Virus record (IMG/VR): IMGVR_UViG_2630968963_000002
Span: 4,204 to 68,203 of that record
DNA from: a virus
Lineage: Duplodnaviria; Caudoviricetes
DNA length: 64,000 nucleotides
Strand: one strand, 5' to 3'
In this document: piece by piece, positions 1-10,405 of the stretch
Layout of the letters: every line of letters begins with the position of its first letter
How positions within the stretch are numbered: position 1 is the stretch's first letter
Notes under the pieces: model-generated
Told to the model about the DNA's origin: nothing
Databases searched by the model: none
The model's input: the letters and a program-made list of their open reading frames with translations, nothing else
Translations under genes and position numbers: made by a program

Positions 1-3000
1 TCTAAGTTAGGTGTTCCTTTTATAATAAAATGAGTTGGATATCTTTCTATTACATTTGCTATACCTTCTCCATAAACACTTAAAAAAACCTGATATTTTC
101 TAGAAGTATTTGCAGTTTCAGTAAATATAGAATCTATATAGACATAGGAGTAACCATCATTATCTAATATTGTTTCACCTATATCACCGAAATAATAATC
201 TGCTGTTTCATAAGCATTTATATCTACATATCCAACAGACGTTTGTACACAAGCATTTTTAGTTCCATAGGCTTTAAAATCTTGACATGTTAATTTACCT
301 CTTGTACCATCATTATTACCATTACATACTTTAACTTCTACACTTGAAGTAACATTATAACCTTTCCAATAATTTAAATTTAAATTTCCACTATCATGAT
401 TACTATTAACTTGACTAGAACGAATAACAATTCTTTCTACGAAAGTACTTTGAATAGTATCTTCATTTATACTGTTAACTTCTTTTAATTTATAGTTATT
501 AAAATTAGTATTTTTATATATATTTAAGGTAGATGAAGATCCTTCCAATACCTTAGTACCTGAACCTGGTTCTCCAACACCAAGGGAAAATACATCTTTG
601 CCTACTACATCAGCAGAGCGTTTATTAGCACTTGTTTTTCCTCCATAAAAGTAAGCAATTGATTCATTGGTATCACTCCACCAATTATAAAAAGTAACCT
701 GATTTTCTCCAAAATAGCCTGATTTACGATCTCCATTACGAGTTCTAAATATTCCATATAGTTCTAATCTTCCACTACTATTTACCTTAAATACTTCTTC
801 ATTGGTATCAGTTTTTATTATCTTAAATCCATTAGCACTTATTGTAGTTTTTGATTTTACATTACTTGATGTTACTGTTATACCATCTTTATCTATTGTT
901 GTTATTCCATCATAAACTTCCGAAGGATGCGGACTCCAAGGTTCTACCAACTCTCCTTCTGTTAACAATACTCCTGTATAGTAATACGTTCCACTTGTGC
1001 CACTACCTAATGTACCTAGTCGTATAGATGCTGTAGTTGTTGTAGCTTTAAATGTTATAGATAAGACTTGATATTTTTCTTCCGGACTAGTGTATGAATG
1101 AAGATATTTATCATCATGATAAACTTGTATACCTGTTTTACCACTAGTTGCTTTAACTAAAGCACTTAGAGTATATTGCTTCCCTACTACTAAGTTATCT
1201 ACTATTTGATATACTCCTTGTGATGCTCCATCAGCTACTATTTTCAGACATTTAGCAAACCCCGAGGTTGTAGAGCTAGTTACTGTTCTTGTACAAGTCC
1301 CCAAGTTGCTCCAATTCCTTATGTCTCCAGTTAAAAAAGCACTATTATAAAGCTTATTATAACCACCATTAGCAGTAAATTTAGCTTGCAACTTGTCCAC
1401 TGTCTGTTGTACTTGAGAGTGTGTCTGATAACCTTTAGAAGTTACAATTCCATTAACATCATTTGAAGTTGTATAATGATTACTTATTATTGTCGTTAGC
1501 CCTTCTTTAGTTAATTTTTGTTCTGCACTTTGCATTCTAGTTTGTAGGCTAGTAACTTTCCCATCAACAGTAGTTTGAGTTTTCTCTACTTCAGATACTC
1601 TACTTGTAATACTAGATAGATTAGTTTCTATCGATGATACTTTTGACTTGGTAGAAGATATTTCTGTTTTATTTGTATCTATCTGTGTTTGCACATCTTC
1701 AGGAGCGGGTGTCCATCCTATGTCTTTAGTTCCAAAATAAACTCTAAGATTAGATATAGTGAATGTTCCCACCATGTTATCTGTTCTTATATATACTGAT
1801 TTTGTATCCCTCTCCATAGCTGGTTTCCATATATTTTTAACAGTCCCCTTAGTATTAGTTGGACTTATTGTTTGTGTACCCGTCACTAACCCATACTGTG
1901 GTTCTCCAGTTTGCATGTAGAATGTTCCACTAGGATTTTCACCCTCATATTTCCAATCAAAGACTACTATTAATTCCTTACCCTTTATATCAGTAAGGTA
2001 TGGTACAGTAAAATGATAAGTACATCCAGTTCTATTAGTTGTACCTGTTCCAATAATAGATTTAGATGTGCCAGTATCTTTAACAATATTTCTTCCACCG
2101 ATTTCTAGTCCATCAATTTTACTATTTGCACTATTTGCTATATTTAATGCATTTGTAGCATTTGAGTTAGCAGCATTGGCAGTATTAGTAACTGTAGTCA
2201 CATTTTTTTCAGTACTAGATACTCTCGCAGTTATACCATCTAAGTCTCTCTCTACTGTATTTACTCTAGTTTCAACACCTGTGATTTTTCCTGTATGCTC
2301 ATTTATTTTAGTCGTATGACTTACAATAGTGCTATTCATAGAGTTTACGGTTTGAACGGTTCTATTGTAATCATCTTTTAATAATATAGTCTGACCATCT
2401 TTAACTATTTGAGTATTGTTAATAGCTGTAGTTATTTGACCTTGCATTACTCCTATAGTAGTTGAATGGCTCTCTGTTAAAGATTTAGTATCATCTGCTT
2501 GTGTTTTTAATTGATTAAATGCAACATCTAAAGTTTGATTCTGATTATTTAACATAATCTTAGTTGATTTAATTGTATTTGTATTTGTGTCTTTATTAAA
2601 TCCAGTTATAAAGCTACTATAATTTATTTGTTTTTCACCAACAGCATCACTTGCTATCATGTCACTTATAATTAAATCGTCAGCTATAGCTCCTTCTTTA
2701 ATTCCTGTATGATCTATCAATACACCTGTTCCAGTTTCATCAAATAAAGAAAAAGTAAAATTATTATTTTTATCTCTCCCTATCTGAACTCTGACTTTAT
2801 TGTTTTTATCCTTGAATTGTTGTGTTGCTCCAACAATCTCTATTCCACCATCATCAGATTTAATTCTAAATTTGTTGGTAGAAATATCTCCTGCATTAAT
2901 CTTAGAAACATCTAAATTTGCTATCATGGCATTAGTGATAAATCCATTTGCTATTGTTAACTTATCTGATGTTATTCCTCCAGCTTGAATATTTTCACTA

Positions 3001-4334
3001 GATAAATTCCCATTTACAAGTGTTTGAATTTTACCAACTTCAGCTTCTACTGTGCCTATTTTAGCGGATACAGCTTCTAGTTGAGTTATACTTGCTTTAT
3101 TTGCTTCAAGTTCATTTATTTGTGCAGTGTGGGTTACTGTAAGTTTATCTATAACTCCTACATTAGCTTTTAATGTTCCAAACTCACCTTCTATAGCTGT
3201 TAACTTTCCAGTTATAGTTACATTTTCTGCAATTAAATTTTCAATTGTGGCGTTAACTGCTTTAAGATCTTCTATATCCGCCTTATTAATTAATGCTTCA
3301 TTTACAATTAACAATTCAGTTACAACTCTATTAACTTTATTACTTAGATTACCAGTTGAATTAAATTCATTTTTATTTTTACTTTCACCCTTTGCACCTA
3401 TTTCAGATGTAAGTCCCCCATTATAGTTGAACTTTTGAGATAGTATAGGAATATTTCTTTTTACACCTTTATGATCTGTAAGAGATATAATATCTCCAAC
3501 ATCTAGAGATAAATCCCCCTGCCACTTCATCGAATATCCTACATACTCAATACTTTTTAACTTATTATATATATCTGTAAGAATAGAATCATTAACCCAA
3601 GGATTTTCAAAAGTAACTTCCATAGAAGAATTACTTAAAGTACCTTTAGTTAACTCTTTTTCATTTACCTTGCAAGTAACTGCACCTATCCTATAAACAT
3701 TTTCTTCAGTTTTTAAGTCTATATAATTTTCATCTGTTATTGAGTAATCTATAGTTTTAAGTGTATTTATAGTAAATTTTCCATCTCTAGTTATGTATGC
3801 ATTACCAGCACATAAACTAGATATAAAACCAAGTGCTTCTCTACAAGTAAAGCCTTCCAACTTATTTAAATTATAAGAAGGAAGGCTTCCTGTAAATTCT
3901 ACTCCAGTAATTTGAGATAATTCATTAACTATATTTTTTAATGATGCAGTTTTGCCTAATTTACTAAAATAAGGTTTTTCAAACTTCATCATATTATCAA
4001 AACATGTAAGTTTTATAGAGTAATCAGTTTTTTCAATATCATCTATATTAAAATAACCCATTAATACATATTCAATTTTTGAACCTACATTTAAACCTAT
4101 TTCAACTTTAACTATAGAGTTACTGTAAATAGTATTATTTGTAGATAATGTTAGTTCTAATGACTTTGAAACTGCTGACCCTATACTAAAACCATCTGAA
4201 GGTTGAACATCTTCTATAGTTATATTGATTATATCAGCATTGGTATATATATTATCTCTTATGGTTACTTTACATTCAAAAGATCTAGAAGGCTTTTTTA
4301 TTTCTAATAAATATGATGAACTTACATTTTGCAT
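1..4334 (-). CDS. Large tail tip/tail fibre (receptor-binding) protein, 3' end outside window
   Basis: Absent from ORF track because no stop lies in the window. ATG at 4334 with AAGGTGA SD, MQNVSSSYLLEIKKPSRSFEC; N-terminus resembles 36646..38082; last visible residues TSRKYQVFLSVYGEGIANVIERYPTHFIIKGTPNL, typical of Firmicute phage fibre C-termini. Only the ends were translated by hand. Confidence 0.85.
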   Translation of the reverse strand, partial: MQNVSSSYLLEIKKPSRSFECKVTIRDNIYTNADIINITIEDVQPSDGFSIGSAVSKSLELTLSTNNTIYSNSIVKVEIGLNVGSKIEYVLMGYFNIDDIEKTDYSIKLTCFDNMMKFEKPYFSKLGKTASLKNIVNELSQITGVEFTGSLPSYNLNKLEGFTCREALGFISSLCAGNAYITRDGKFTINTLKTIDYSITDENYIDLKTEENVYRIGAVTCKVNEKELTKGTLSNSSMEVTFENPWVNDSILTDIYNKLKSIEYVGYSMKWQGDLSLDVGDIISLTDHKGVKRNIPILSQKFNYNGGLTSEIGAKGESKNKNEFNSTGNLSNKVNRVVTELLIVNEALINKADIEDLKAVNATIENLIAENVTITGKLTAIEGEFGTLKANVGVIDKLTVTHTAQINELEANKASITQLEAVSAKIGTVEAEVGKIQTLVNGNLSSENIQAGGITSDKLTIANGFITNAMIANLDVSKINAGDISTNKFRIKSDDGGIEIVGATQQFKDKNNKVRVQIGRDKNNNFTFSLFDETGTGVLIDHTGIKEGAIADDLIISDMIASDAVGEKQINYSSFITGFNKDTNTNTIKSTKIMLNNQNQTLDVAFNQLKTQADDTKSLTESHSTTIGVMQGQITTAINNTQIVKDGQTILLKDDYNRTVQTVNSMNSTIVSHTTKINEHTGKITGVETRVNTVERDLDGITARVSSTEKNVTTVTNTANAANSNATNALNIANSANSKIDGLEIGGRNIVKDTGTSKSIIGTGTTNRTGCTYHFTVPYLTDIKGKELIVVFDWKYEGENPSGTFYMQTGEPQYGLVTGTQTISPTNTKGTVKNIWKPAMERDTKSVYIRTDNMVGTFTISNLRVYFGTKDIGWTPAPEDVQTQIDTNKTEISSTKSKVSSIETNLSSITSRVSEVEKTQTTVDGKVTSLQTRMQSAEQKLTKEGLTTIISNHYTTSNDVNGIVTSKGYQTHSQVQQTVDKLQAKFTANGGYNKLYNSAFLTGDIRNWSNLGTCTRTVTSSTTSGFAKCLKIVADGASQGVYQIVDNLVVGKQYTLSALVKATSGKTGIQVYHDDKYLHSYTSPEEKYQVLSITFKATTTTASIRLGTLGSGTSGTYYYTGVLLTEGELVEPWSPHPSEVYDGITTIDKDGITVTSSNVKSKTTISANGFKIIKTDTNEEVFKVNSSGRLELYGIFRTRNGDRKSGYFGENQVTFYNWWSDTNESIAYFYGGKTSANKRSADVVGKDVFSLGVGEPGSGTKVLEGSSSTLNIYKNTNFNNYKLKEVNSINEDTIQSTFVERIVIRSSQVNSNHDSGNLNLNYWKGYNVTSSVEVKVCNGNNDGTRGKLTCQDFKAYGTKNACVQTSVGYVDINAYETADYYFGDIGETILDNDGYSYVYIDSIFTETANTSRKYQVFLSVYGEGIANVIERYPTHFIIKGTPNL

Positions 4335-4370
4335 TTTAATATCACCTTCTTTCTTTATTAGCTAAATTAA

Positions 4371-4757
4371 CTATTCTTCTATCATATAGTCTATTAAAGC
4401 CATTTCTGAAGGAGACATCTCATAGTTACCATACATTAAATCATCTAGCTTAAACTTATGTATGTTTACTTCTATTTCAATATCTAATAGTTCATTTAAT
4501 TCTTTATTACAAACATCTATATTTTCATCTTCAATATGATATTGATTATTTTCATCTATAACTAAATTTCCCTCTTCATCTTTTTTACAATATTTATTTA
4601 TAATTTTCTGTCTTTCCGAGTTGTATATTTTTAATTCACGCTCTAATTTAGACACATTCTTGGATATAGCATAACTAACTTTTACAGGGAATTGTCTATG
4701 TATTAAAGACTCTAAAAAATTTGCATCATTTACTATTCTTCTATTTGTTAATTTCAT
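4371..4757 (-). CDS. Small tail-region phage protein (DUF1617-like)
   Basis: 128 aa between distal-tail-like gene and fibre; family call from recall. Confidence 0.65.
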   Translation of the reverse strand: MKLTNRRIVNDANFLESLIHRQFPVKVSYAISKNVSKLERELKIYNSERQKIINKYCKKDEEGNLVIDENNQYHIEDENIDVCNKELNELLDIEIEVNIHKFKLDDLMYGNYEMSPSEMALIDYMIEE

Positions 4758-4759
4758 AA

Positions 4760-4990
4760 TTATTTTCCTACCTTTCTTGATGATATTGATGGAGTATTTA
4801 TTTCATCTTCTATTTTATATACTTCATCTTCAAATTGCTTCATATCTGCTCTTACAGATGTCTTATTAGAATTGTATAGCTCTTGATTAGCTATACTCTT
4901 ATTTATATTTGCATTTTTATTTCCATCAGTTCCTATACTCGTACTCATATATACGGCAACTTGACCTTCTATTTCACTTGTAGCATTCAA
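4760..4990 (-). CDS. Small conserved tail-region protein; start uncertain
   Basis: Coupled to 4371..4757; the upstream ATG at 5019 is out of frame across an A7 run. Confidence 0.65.
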   Translation of the reverse strand: MNATSEIEGQVAVYMSTSIGTDGNKNANINKSIANQELYNSNKTSVRADMKQFEDEVYKIEDEINTPSISSRKVGK

Positions 4991-5072
4991 AGTAATATTT
5001 TTATTAATTTTTTTATCATCCTTTAAATTTTGAGTATAAAAAAAGAGCCCTCACTTTGGCCCTTAATGTAGT

Positions 5073-5450
5073 CTACATATTTTCTATAAATTTAGAAATA
5101 GAAAGTATAATTTTTGCTAAACTTCCAGATTTATCAATAAAGTTATATATTTTTTCTATAGAATCTATAAATTTAGATACTTTATTACTCTCCTTGTTAC
5201 CCTTTTTTATCTCTAATGCAACTTCGTTAGCCTGTATAATAATTTCAGAATCAAATGGTGATTCTTTTATAAGTTCATTAAAGCTACATATTAATTCATC
5301 GAAGTTATTACTGTCTTTAGTAGCATTTATGTTTGTTGCACTTAACTCTTTTGTATCTGTAGCATAAATTGCATTATCAAATCCAGTAGTTTTTACATTA
5401 TCTATTTGTACATTTACACACTTATCAATTCTAATTGCTGAATTTTTCAT
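5073..5450 (-). CDS. Moron-like hypothetical protein in tail operon
   Basis: 125 aa, GGGAGGTGA SD, AT-rich upstream gap, weak downstream hairpin. Confidence 0.75.
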   Translation of the reverse strand: MKNSAIRIDKCVNVQIDNVKTTGFDNAIYATDTKELSATNINATKDSNNFDELICSFNELIKESPFDSEIIIQANEVALEIKKGNKESNKVSKFIDSIEKIYNFIDKSGSLAKIILSISKFIENM

Positions 5451-5548
5451 TTATATCACCTCCCTATTTATTAACTTAAGTATAATATAAATTCATAATT
5501 TATACAAATACTACCATATTTAATTATATTTTACTGTTACCACTCCAA

Positions 5549-5896
5549 TTACTTCTCTATAAAATTCATTTTTAAACCTTTCCAAAGTACTTTCCCATTT
5601 TTTATATACAATGCTGGTACGGATCTATCACCAACATACATCGCTTTGGTTTCAAATCGTCCTGTCATTGGATCAGGATAATAAACATTAAAAAAGACAC
5701 CTGATACAGCATTCAATAAAGTTGAACACTCTTCAGCTGTCAACGGTGGCCATTCACAGTTTAATTTTCGCTTTACAGCAATTCTATCTCTTAACAATTC
5801 CCCTCTAGCATTCCTATTACTTTCACCATCTATATCCTGAATATCTACCTGAAATACTGAAGGGACTGATATACTTACACTATTTATTTTTAACAT
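5549..5896 (-). CDS. Distal-tail-like protein (DUF6711-like)
   Basis: Follows tape measure; clear homologue of 38091..38444 (PSVFQVD.QDID, RNA.G, YPDP, Y.GDRS). Confidence 0.8.
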   Translation of the reverse strand: MLKINSVSISVPSVFQVDIQDIDGESNRNARGELLRDRIAVKRKLNCEWPPLTAEECSTLLNAVSGVFFNVYYPDPMTGRFETKAMYVGDRSVPALYIKNGKVLWKGLKMNFIEK

Positions 5897-5913
5897 TTAT
5901 ATCACCTAATTTA

Positions 5914-8886
5914 CTAAACTTTTATAATTGCTTCTCCAGTTTGTCTTTGCATTTTCTTTAGTTCACTTAATAGTATTTTAACAAGAGTATCATTTCCTAT
6001 TTGTATTATTAAATCTCCTGTAGGATTATTATTTGAGCCACTTCCTTCCATTCTAGAACGTAATTTTTCTGCTAATATATCTAAACCACCAGTATTATTT
6101 TCTAAAGGGACTACGGCTTCTTTTCCAGCTTCACCGACCATGGCTAATGTAGGAGAATCTATAATACCACCTTTTGCAAGATACGGTATTTTGGGAATAT
6201 TAATTCCAAACTTTTTACCTCCAAAACCAGGTACAAAATCAGGTATACTTACAGATATTCGGTTTAATCCACCTATAGCTGCATTAACTAAGGATATAAC
6301 TCCATTTAGAGGTTGTTTTATTACAGATTTTAAACCACTCATAATGCCACCAAATATATTCTTAACTCCACTCCAAGCTCTCTTCCAGTTGGCTGTGAAT
6401 GTTCCTGCAATAAAATCTATTATACCTTTGAAGATTTGTTTTACACTCTTGAATATATTACGTACATTTGCTAAAAAACCATTTAAGATATCACCAAATC
6501 CTCCAAACTTTTTAGACCAGTCTCTTGCAAATACATTGCCTAACCAATCTTTGAAATTATTAAATTTTTCTTTTATTTTATTCCAAACCTCAATACATTT
6601 TGCTTTTAACTCATCCCAATGTGTAATAAGATAAATCCCTATACTAATAATTGCAAAAATAGCTATACAAACTAGTCCCATTGGACTTTTCAAAAATGTA
6701 AAAGCAGCACTTAATAAACCTGCAGAACCTTTAAGTAAATCAAATGCACCCTTAGCTATAAGTACAATATCTTTAAGCTTGTTAAATATAGATATCCCTT
6801 TACTTACGATAAGGAATGTACCTCCAAGTCCCATTACAGTAGTAATTATAATATCTAAGACTGGTTTACCATCATTAAGTAACCAATCTATCATTTCACT
6901 AAATTTATCAAATAGTTTCCCAATAGCATCCATTAATGGTGCTATTGCAGGAGCCATTATGTTTACAAACCAATTTACAAACGGAGTAACAAAATTAGTA
7001 TAAATATATCCTGCTAGTTCAAAGATCTTAGCTCCTAATTTTATAAATCCTTGGAATAAATGACTTCCACCATTGTCCCAAACATAAATAAGTTTTTCAG
7101 ATAAATTTTCTAAAACACCAATAGTTGCATCAATTACTGACATTAATGTATTTGCAAGTGGTAGACCTATAATTTCCCAAGATTCTCTGAATGAATCTCC
7201 TATTTTCTTTATTAAAGTCAGTAGATTATTTATTGTATTAGCTACCCCTTGTATAATTTTAGTACCTATTTTATTCTTATCCCATGCAATAGAAAATGTA
7301 TTGGCAATATCTCCAACTATATTAAATATATTTTGTAATATTTGAAGTATCGTTACAAGCATTTGCTCACCAGTACCATTAGTCCATACTTCTAGTAAAC
7401 TACGTCCAATTGATTTTACTAAAGACCATATACCGTTAAACGCATACTTGATACTATTTATTGTGTTTTGTCCTTCTCTTTCCCATGCATTAGCAAATGG
7501 TTCAAATATCTTAGACATTAGTGCCTTTATTTTATTAACTAATGCCTGCATCTTTGCATCAACAGCAGATGTATTTAATTGTGGTGTTGTAAGCATTGGA
7601 GCACCACTTCCACCACCACCTCCACCTGTGCCTGGGCTTCCTGTATCTGCATCTTTATTCATATTTAACTTGTTAATTTCATCAAATCCCATTAAGTCCC
7701 CTAATGCCTTTTTAGCTTTTTTACCAGCTTTTTCAGCACTATTTCCTGCTTTTTCAGTAGCACCACCATAAGCTCCCATAGCATTTTTAGCACTAATCAA
7801 ACCTTTAGTTGCTTGAAAACTTTGATTATATGTTTTTCCGAATAATGCTGAAATAAATGATGCTATATACTGTGTTACAGTTGCTAGGGCACTCATTAGT
7901 GCATTTATTGCAGGTAATATGGCTTGATATATAGGCATAAATGCAACCATTAAATTAGTCTTTATTTGATTTAATGAATTAACAAATTGTGCATTGGTAT
8001 TTAACGATGCAAATAAAGAACTAGACATAGCATAAATACCATTTACAATCATAGGAAAGAATATCATCCATTTGGCCATTTGACCAATAGATCCAATAAT
8101 TCCATTGTTAAAACTTCTTGTACTATTACTACCTGAATTTAATCCATTAGTTAAACTTTTTAAACCATTACTCATTCTATTAAATAAACCACTAGATTTA
8201 TTTGAGTTAGAATTTAATTTGCTAAATAAAGAATTTAATCTATTAAACTTATTTCCAGTTATAGAAGACTCTTTTCCTAGAGCTGCTAACTTAGCATCTA
8301 AATCACTTAATTTAAATCCTAACTTATCAGACTTTGATGTTAATCTAATAATTGACTCTTCTGTTTTTAGTATTTGGTCATTAATCTTATTCTTTCTTTT
8401 TGGATTTAATGCTAAATCGTATGCTTCTCTAAGTTCCTTTAACTTATTTTGTTGAGATTCTATTTTAGCATTTATTGTATCTAACATCCTTGATGTTGTG
8501 TCTATATCTGTTGTAAGGGCTTCTCTACTAACTGGTGGCCCCCTAGTAACTTTTTTATTATTTGCATGATTTGAACCTGTATTTTGGCTTTCTAAGGCAT
8601 TGAATTTAACATTTGGTAATTTTATATTACTCAACATGGATAAAGCCTTAGAAAGCGAATTTTTTAGATTATTTGTTACATTAGACATCATGTTTTTCAT
8701 GTTAGAGTTAACTTTATTAAGTGAACCCTTCATAGTCTTATCCATGTTATCAAATACTTTATTTGTAGACGTGTTTAAATTTGATTTTAATGTATTTGCA
8801 ATAATAGAACTAACTTTATTTACTTGACCTGCTATATCACTTGTAACTTCTAAATCTAAGGTTATCTTTCCTACACTATCACTCAT
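5914..8886 (-). CDS. Tail tape measure protein
   Basis: ~990 aa helical protein with LAKGGIIDSPTLAMVGEAGKEAV C-terminal motif; start MSDSVG chosen by AAGGAGTGA SD. Confidence 0.92.
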   Translation of the reverse strand: MSDSVGKITLDLEVTSDIAGQVNKVSSIIANTLKSNLNTSTNKVFDNMDKTMKGSLNKVNSNMKNMMSNVTNNLKNSLSKALSMLSNIKLPNVKFNALESQNTGSNHANNKKVTRGPPVSREALTTDIDTTSRMLDTINAKIESQQNKLKELREAYDLALNPKRKNKINDQILKTEESIIRLTSKSDKLGFKLSDLDAKLAALGKESSITGNKFNRLNSLFSKLNSNSNKSSGLFNRMSNGLKSLTNGLNSGSNSTRSFNNGIIGSIGQMAKWMIFFPMIVNGIYAMSSSLFASLNTNAQFVNSLNQIKTNLMVAFMPIYQAILPAINALMSALATVTQYIASFISALFGKTYNQSFQATKGLISAKNAMGAYGGATEKAGNSAEKAGKKAKKALGDLMGFDEINKLNMNKDADTGSPGTGGGGGGSGAPMLTTPQLNTSAVDAKMQALVNKIKALMSKIFEPFANAWEREGQNTINSIKYAFNGIWSLVKSIGRSLLEVWTNGTGEQMLVTILQILQNIFNIVGDIANTFSIAWDKNKIGTKIIQGVANTINNLLTLIKKIGDSFRESWEIIGLPLANTLMSVIDATIGVLENLSEKLIYVWDNGGSHLFQGFIKLGAKIFELAGYIYTNFVTPFVNWFVNIMAPAIAPLMDAIGKLFDKFSEMIDWLLNDGKPVLDIIITTVMGLGGTFLIVSKGISIFNKLKDIVLIAKGAFDLLKGSAGLLSAAFTFLKSPMGLVCIAIFAIISIGIYLITHWDELKAKCIEVWNKIKEKFNNFKDWLGNVFARDWSKKFGGFGDILNGFLANVRNIFKSVKQIFKGIIDFIAGTFTANWKRAWSGVKNIFGGIMSGLKSVIKQPLNGVISLVNAAIGGLNRISVSIPDFVPGFGGKKFGINIPKIPYLAKGGIIDSPTLAMVGEAGKEAVVPLENNTGGLDILAEKLRSRMEGSGSNNNPTGDLIIQIGNDTLVKILLSELKKMQRQTGEAIIKV

Positions 8887-8923
8887 AACTCTCACTCCTT
8901 TCATAAGCATATTTTTATATAAG

Positions 8924-8954
8924 AAAAGCACCTAGTATTAAACTAAGTGCTTTC
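8924..8954 (-). terminator. Intrinsic terminator of moron 8957..9598
   Basis: AAAAGCAC CTAGT..ACTAAG TGCTTT hairpin; U tract on minus strand. Confidence 0.65.
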
Positions 8955-8956
8955 AT

Positions 8957-9598
8957 CTAAACTTTCCATTTATGACCACAATTCATACAAACATTATATC
9001 TTTTTTTACTTGTTACAGCTCCTACCACTCCACCAGCTATACCTGCTACTGGATTTAAGACCGATAGTAATGCTGCTCCACCAACAGCTCTACCTGCACT
9101 AAGTTTTTTATTTGTATTAGTTAATTGTGTACTTTTACATTTTGGACAGTATGGTATTTTTTCTTTTTTAAGATTTTTTATTCTTTCTTTTTCTTCTTTT
9201 CTTTTAGATACTTTAACTTCTTCATTTGCTTTAGCTTCAATAGAGTATTCTTTATATCCTAAGTTGCAATGCTGTCTTAATGCTAAATATACCTTTTCTA
9301 ATATATCTGCTTTTTCAATCTTAAAAACTATATCTTTAAGTTTATCTTCCTCAAATATTTTTAAAATTAATTTTTCACCCTCAATAGATAAATCTTTAAT
9401 ATCGTTATATGCAATATATATCTTAGGTTTAAATATAAAATCACCTAATACTCCACCCTTCACTAAAGTTAAATTAAATGATTCTCCATGCTTAAATTCT
9501 GAGTATCCAAATTCAAATCTAGCTAAAGCTGATACTGTATTAAAAACCCCAAAAGTATCTTTTTTTAACTCATTAAATCTTTCTTTATCGATAATCAA
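8957..9598 (-). CDS. Moron: protein with C-terminal zinc ribbon and Gly-rich hydrophobic segment
   Basis: CPKC...CMNC flanking AVGGAALLSVLNPVAGIAGGVVG; own promoter and terminator. Confidence 0.8.
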   Translation of the reverse strand: MIIDKERFNELKKDTFGVFNTVSALARFEFGYSEFKHGESFNLTLVKGGVLGDFIFKPKIYIAYNDIKDLSIEGEKLILKIFEEDKLKDIVFKIEKADILEKVYLALRQHCNLGYKEYSIEAKANEEVKVSKRKEEKERIKNLKKEKIPYCPKCKSTQLTNTNKKLSAGRAVGGAALLSVLNPVAGIAGGVVGAVTSKKRYNVCMNCGHKWKV

Positions 9599-9631
9599 AT
9601 ATATCTCCCCCTTATATATATTTTTTACAAC

Positions 9632-9660
9632 ATTATATAAGAATTAAGAAAATTATTCAA
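9632..9660 (-). promoter_or_regulatory. SigA-type promoter of moron
   Basis: Minus strand TTGAAT-17 bp-TATAAT. Confidence 0.75.
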
Positions 9661-9661
9661 T

Positions 9662-10039
9662 TTATCCAAACATACTCGCCATCATTTGTTCGAATTCTTT
9701 TACTTTTTGTGCCTTTTCTTCATCTGTCATTTCTATTGTTTTATTATTTCTATTTCTCCACTCATTTCTTATTTTGTGTTGCTCTTCAGTAAAGTTATTA
9801 AGAATATCTTTATCTTCTTCAGCTCTTATACTGACTATTTGACCAAGTGGAGTTTCAGTCATAATACCACTTAATAGAGTACAAAATTCATTCCAACTCA
9901 TATCATCTACAAGTCGTAGTCTTATGCCATATTGAGTTAAAAAACTTGCTTCGATTAACTCCCAATCTTCAAATAAATCATACCATTTATTTTCTTCTTT
10001 TCTTTTTACGAAAATTATTATTTTTATTTGTACTTTCAA
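9662..10039 (-). CDS. Gp15-like tail assembly chaperone, downstream frame
   Basis: WYDLFEDWELIEASFLTQYGIRL..MSW.EF..LL.G..TPLGQIVSIRAE motif; probably reached by frameshift. Confidence 0.85.
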   Translation of the reverse strand: MKVQIKIIIFVKRKEENKWYDLFEDWELIEASFLTQYGIRLRLVDDMSWNEFCTLLSGIMTETPLGQIVSIRAEEDKDILNNFTEEQHKIRNEWRNRNNKTIEMTDEEKAQKVKEFEQMMASMFG

Positions 10040-10361
10040 CTTCCATTTCTTCTATTTCTTCTATTTCTTCTAAAGATACATCATTAATAGCAGCCATTAT
10101 AACATTTACTATAACTACATAAGATGCGATAGGTAAATCTAAGCTATCTATGTATTCTAATGCCTCTTTACCTATACCTGCCTCTATTATTTTATCTATC
10201 TTTTCAAAGTCATCCATTTTAGAATCTTCAGTTAATCCCTTTAAGAATATCCCTACATTCTTAGATATATTTATCTCATATATATGTGTTTCATCTATTT
10301 TAACAGTTGGCTTTTTACTTCCATTTTTTAATTTTTCAGCTATATCGTATGCTCTTGACAT
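9987..10361 (-). CDS. Tail assembly chaperone
   Basis: Acidic 124 aa protein after the major tail gene, overlapping the Gp15-like frame. Confidence 0.8.
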   Translation of the reverse strand: MSRAYDIAEKLKNGSKKPTVKIDETHIYEINISKNVGIFLKGLTEDSKMDDFEKIDKIIEAGIGKEALEYIDSLDLPIASYVVIVNVIMAAINDVSLEEIEEIEEMEVESTNKNNNFRKKKRRK

Positions 10362-10405
10362 TGACCTATCTCCTTATATTTATTTTTTATCTATATTTAT
10401 TCATT

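Noticed and set aside
2068-3426. Plus-strand ORFs 2068..2319, 2800..2988, 3127..3426
   Set aside because: Antisense shadows of the long minus-strand tail fibre gene
1-4334. Diversity-generating retroelement acting on the tail fibre
   Set aside because: No reverse transcriptase or template/variable repeat pair seen; the gene 3' end is outside the window
5008-5019. Phase variation at the A7 run upstream of 4760..4990
   Set aside because: A short run in AT-rich DNA; AGGATGA may simply be an SD, so the evidence is insufficient
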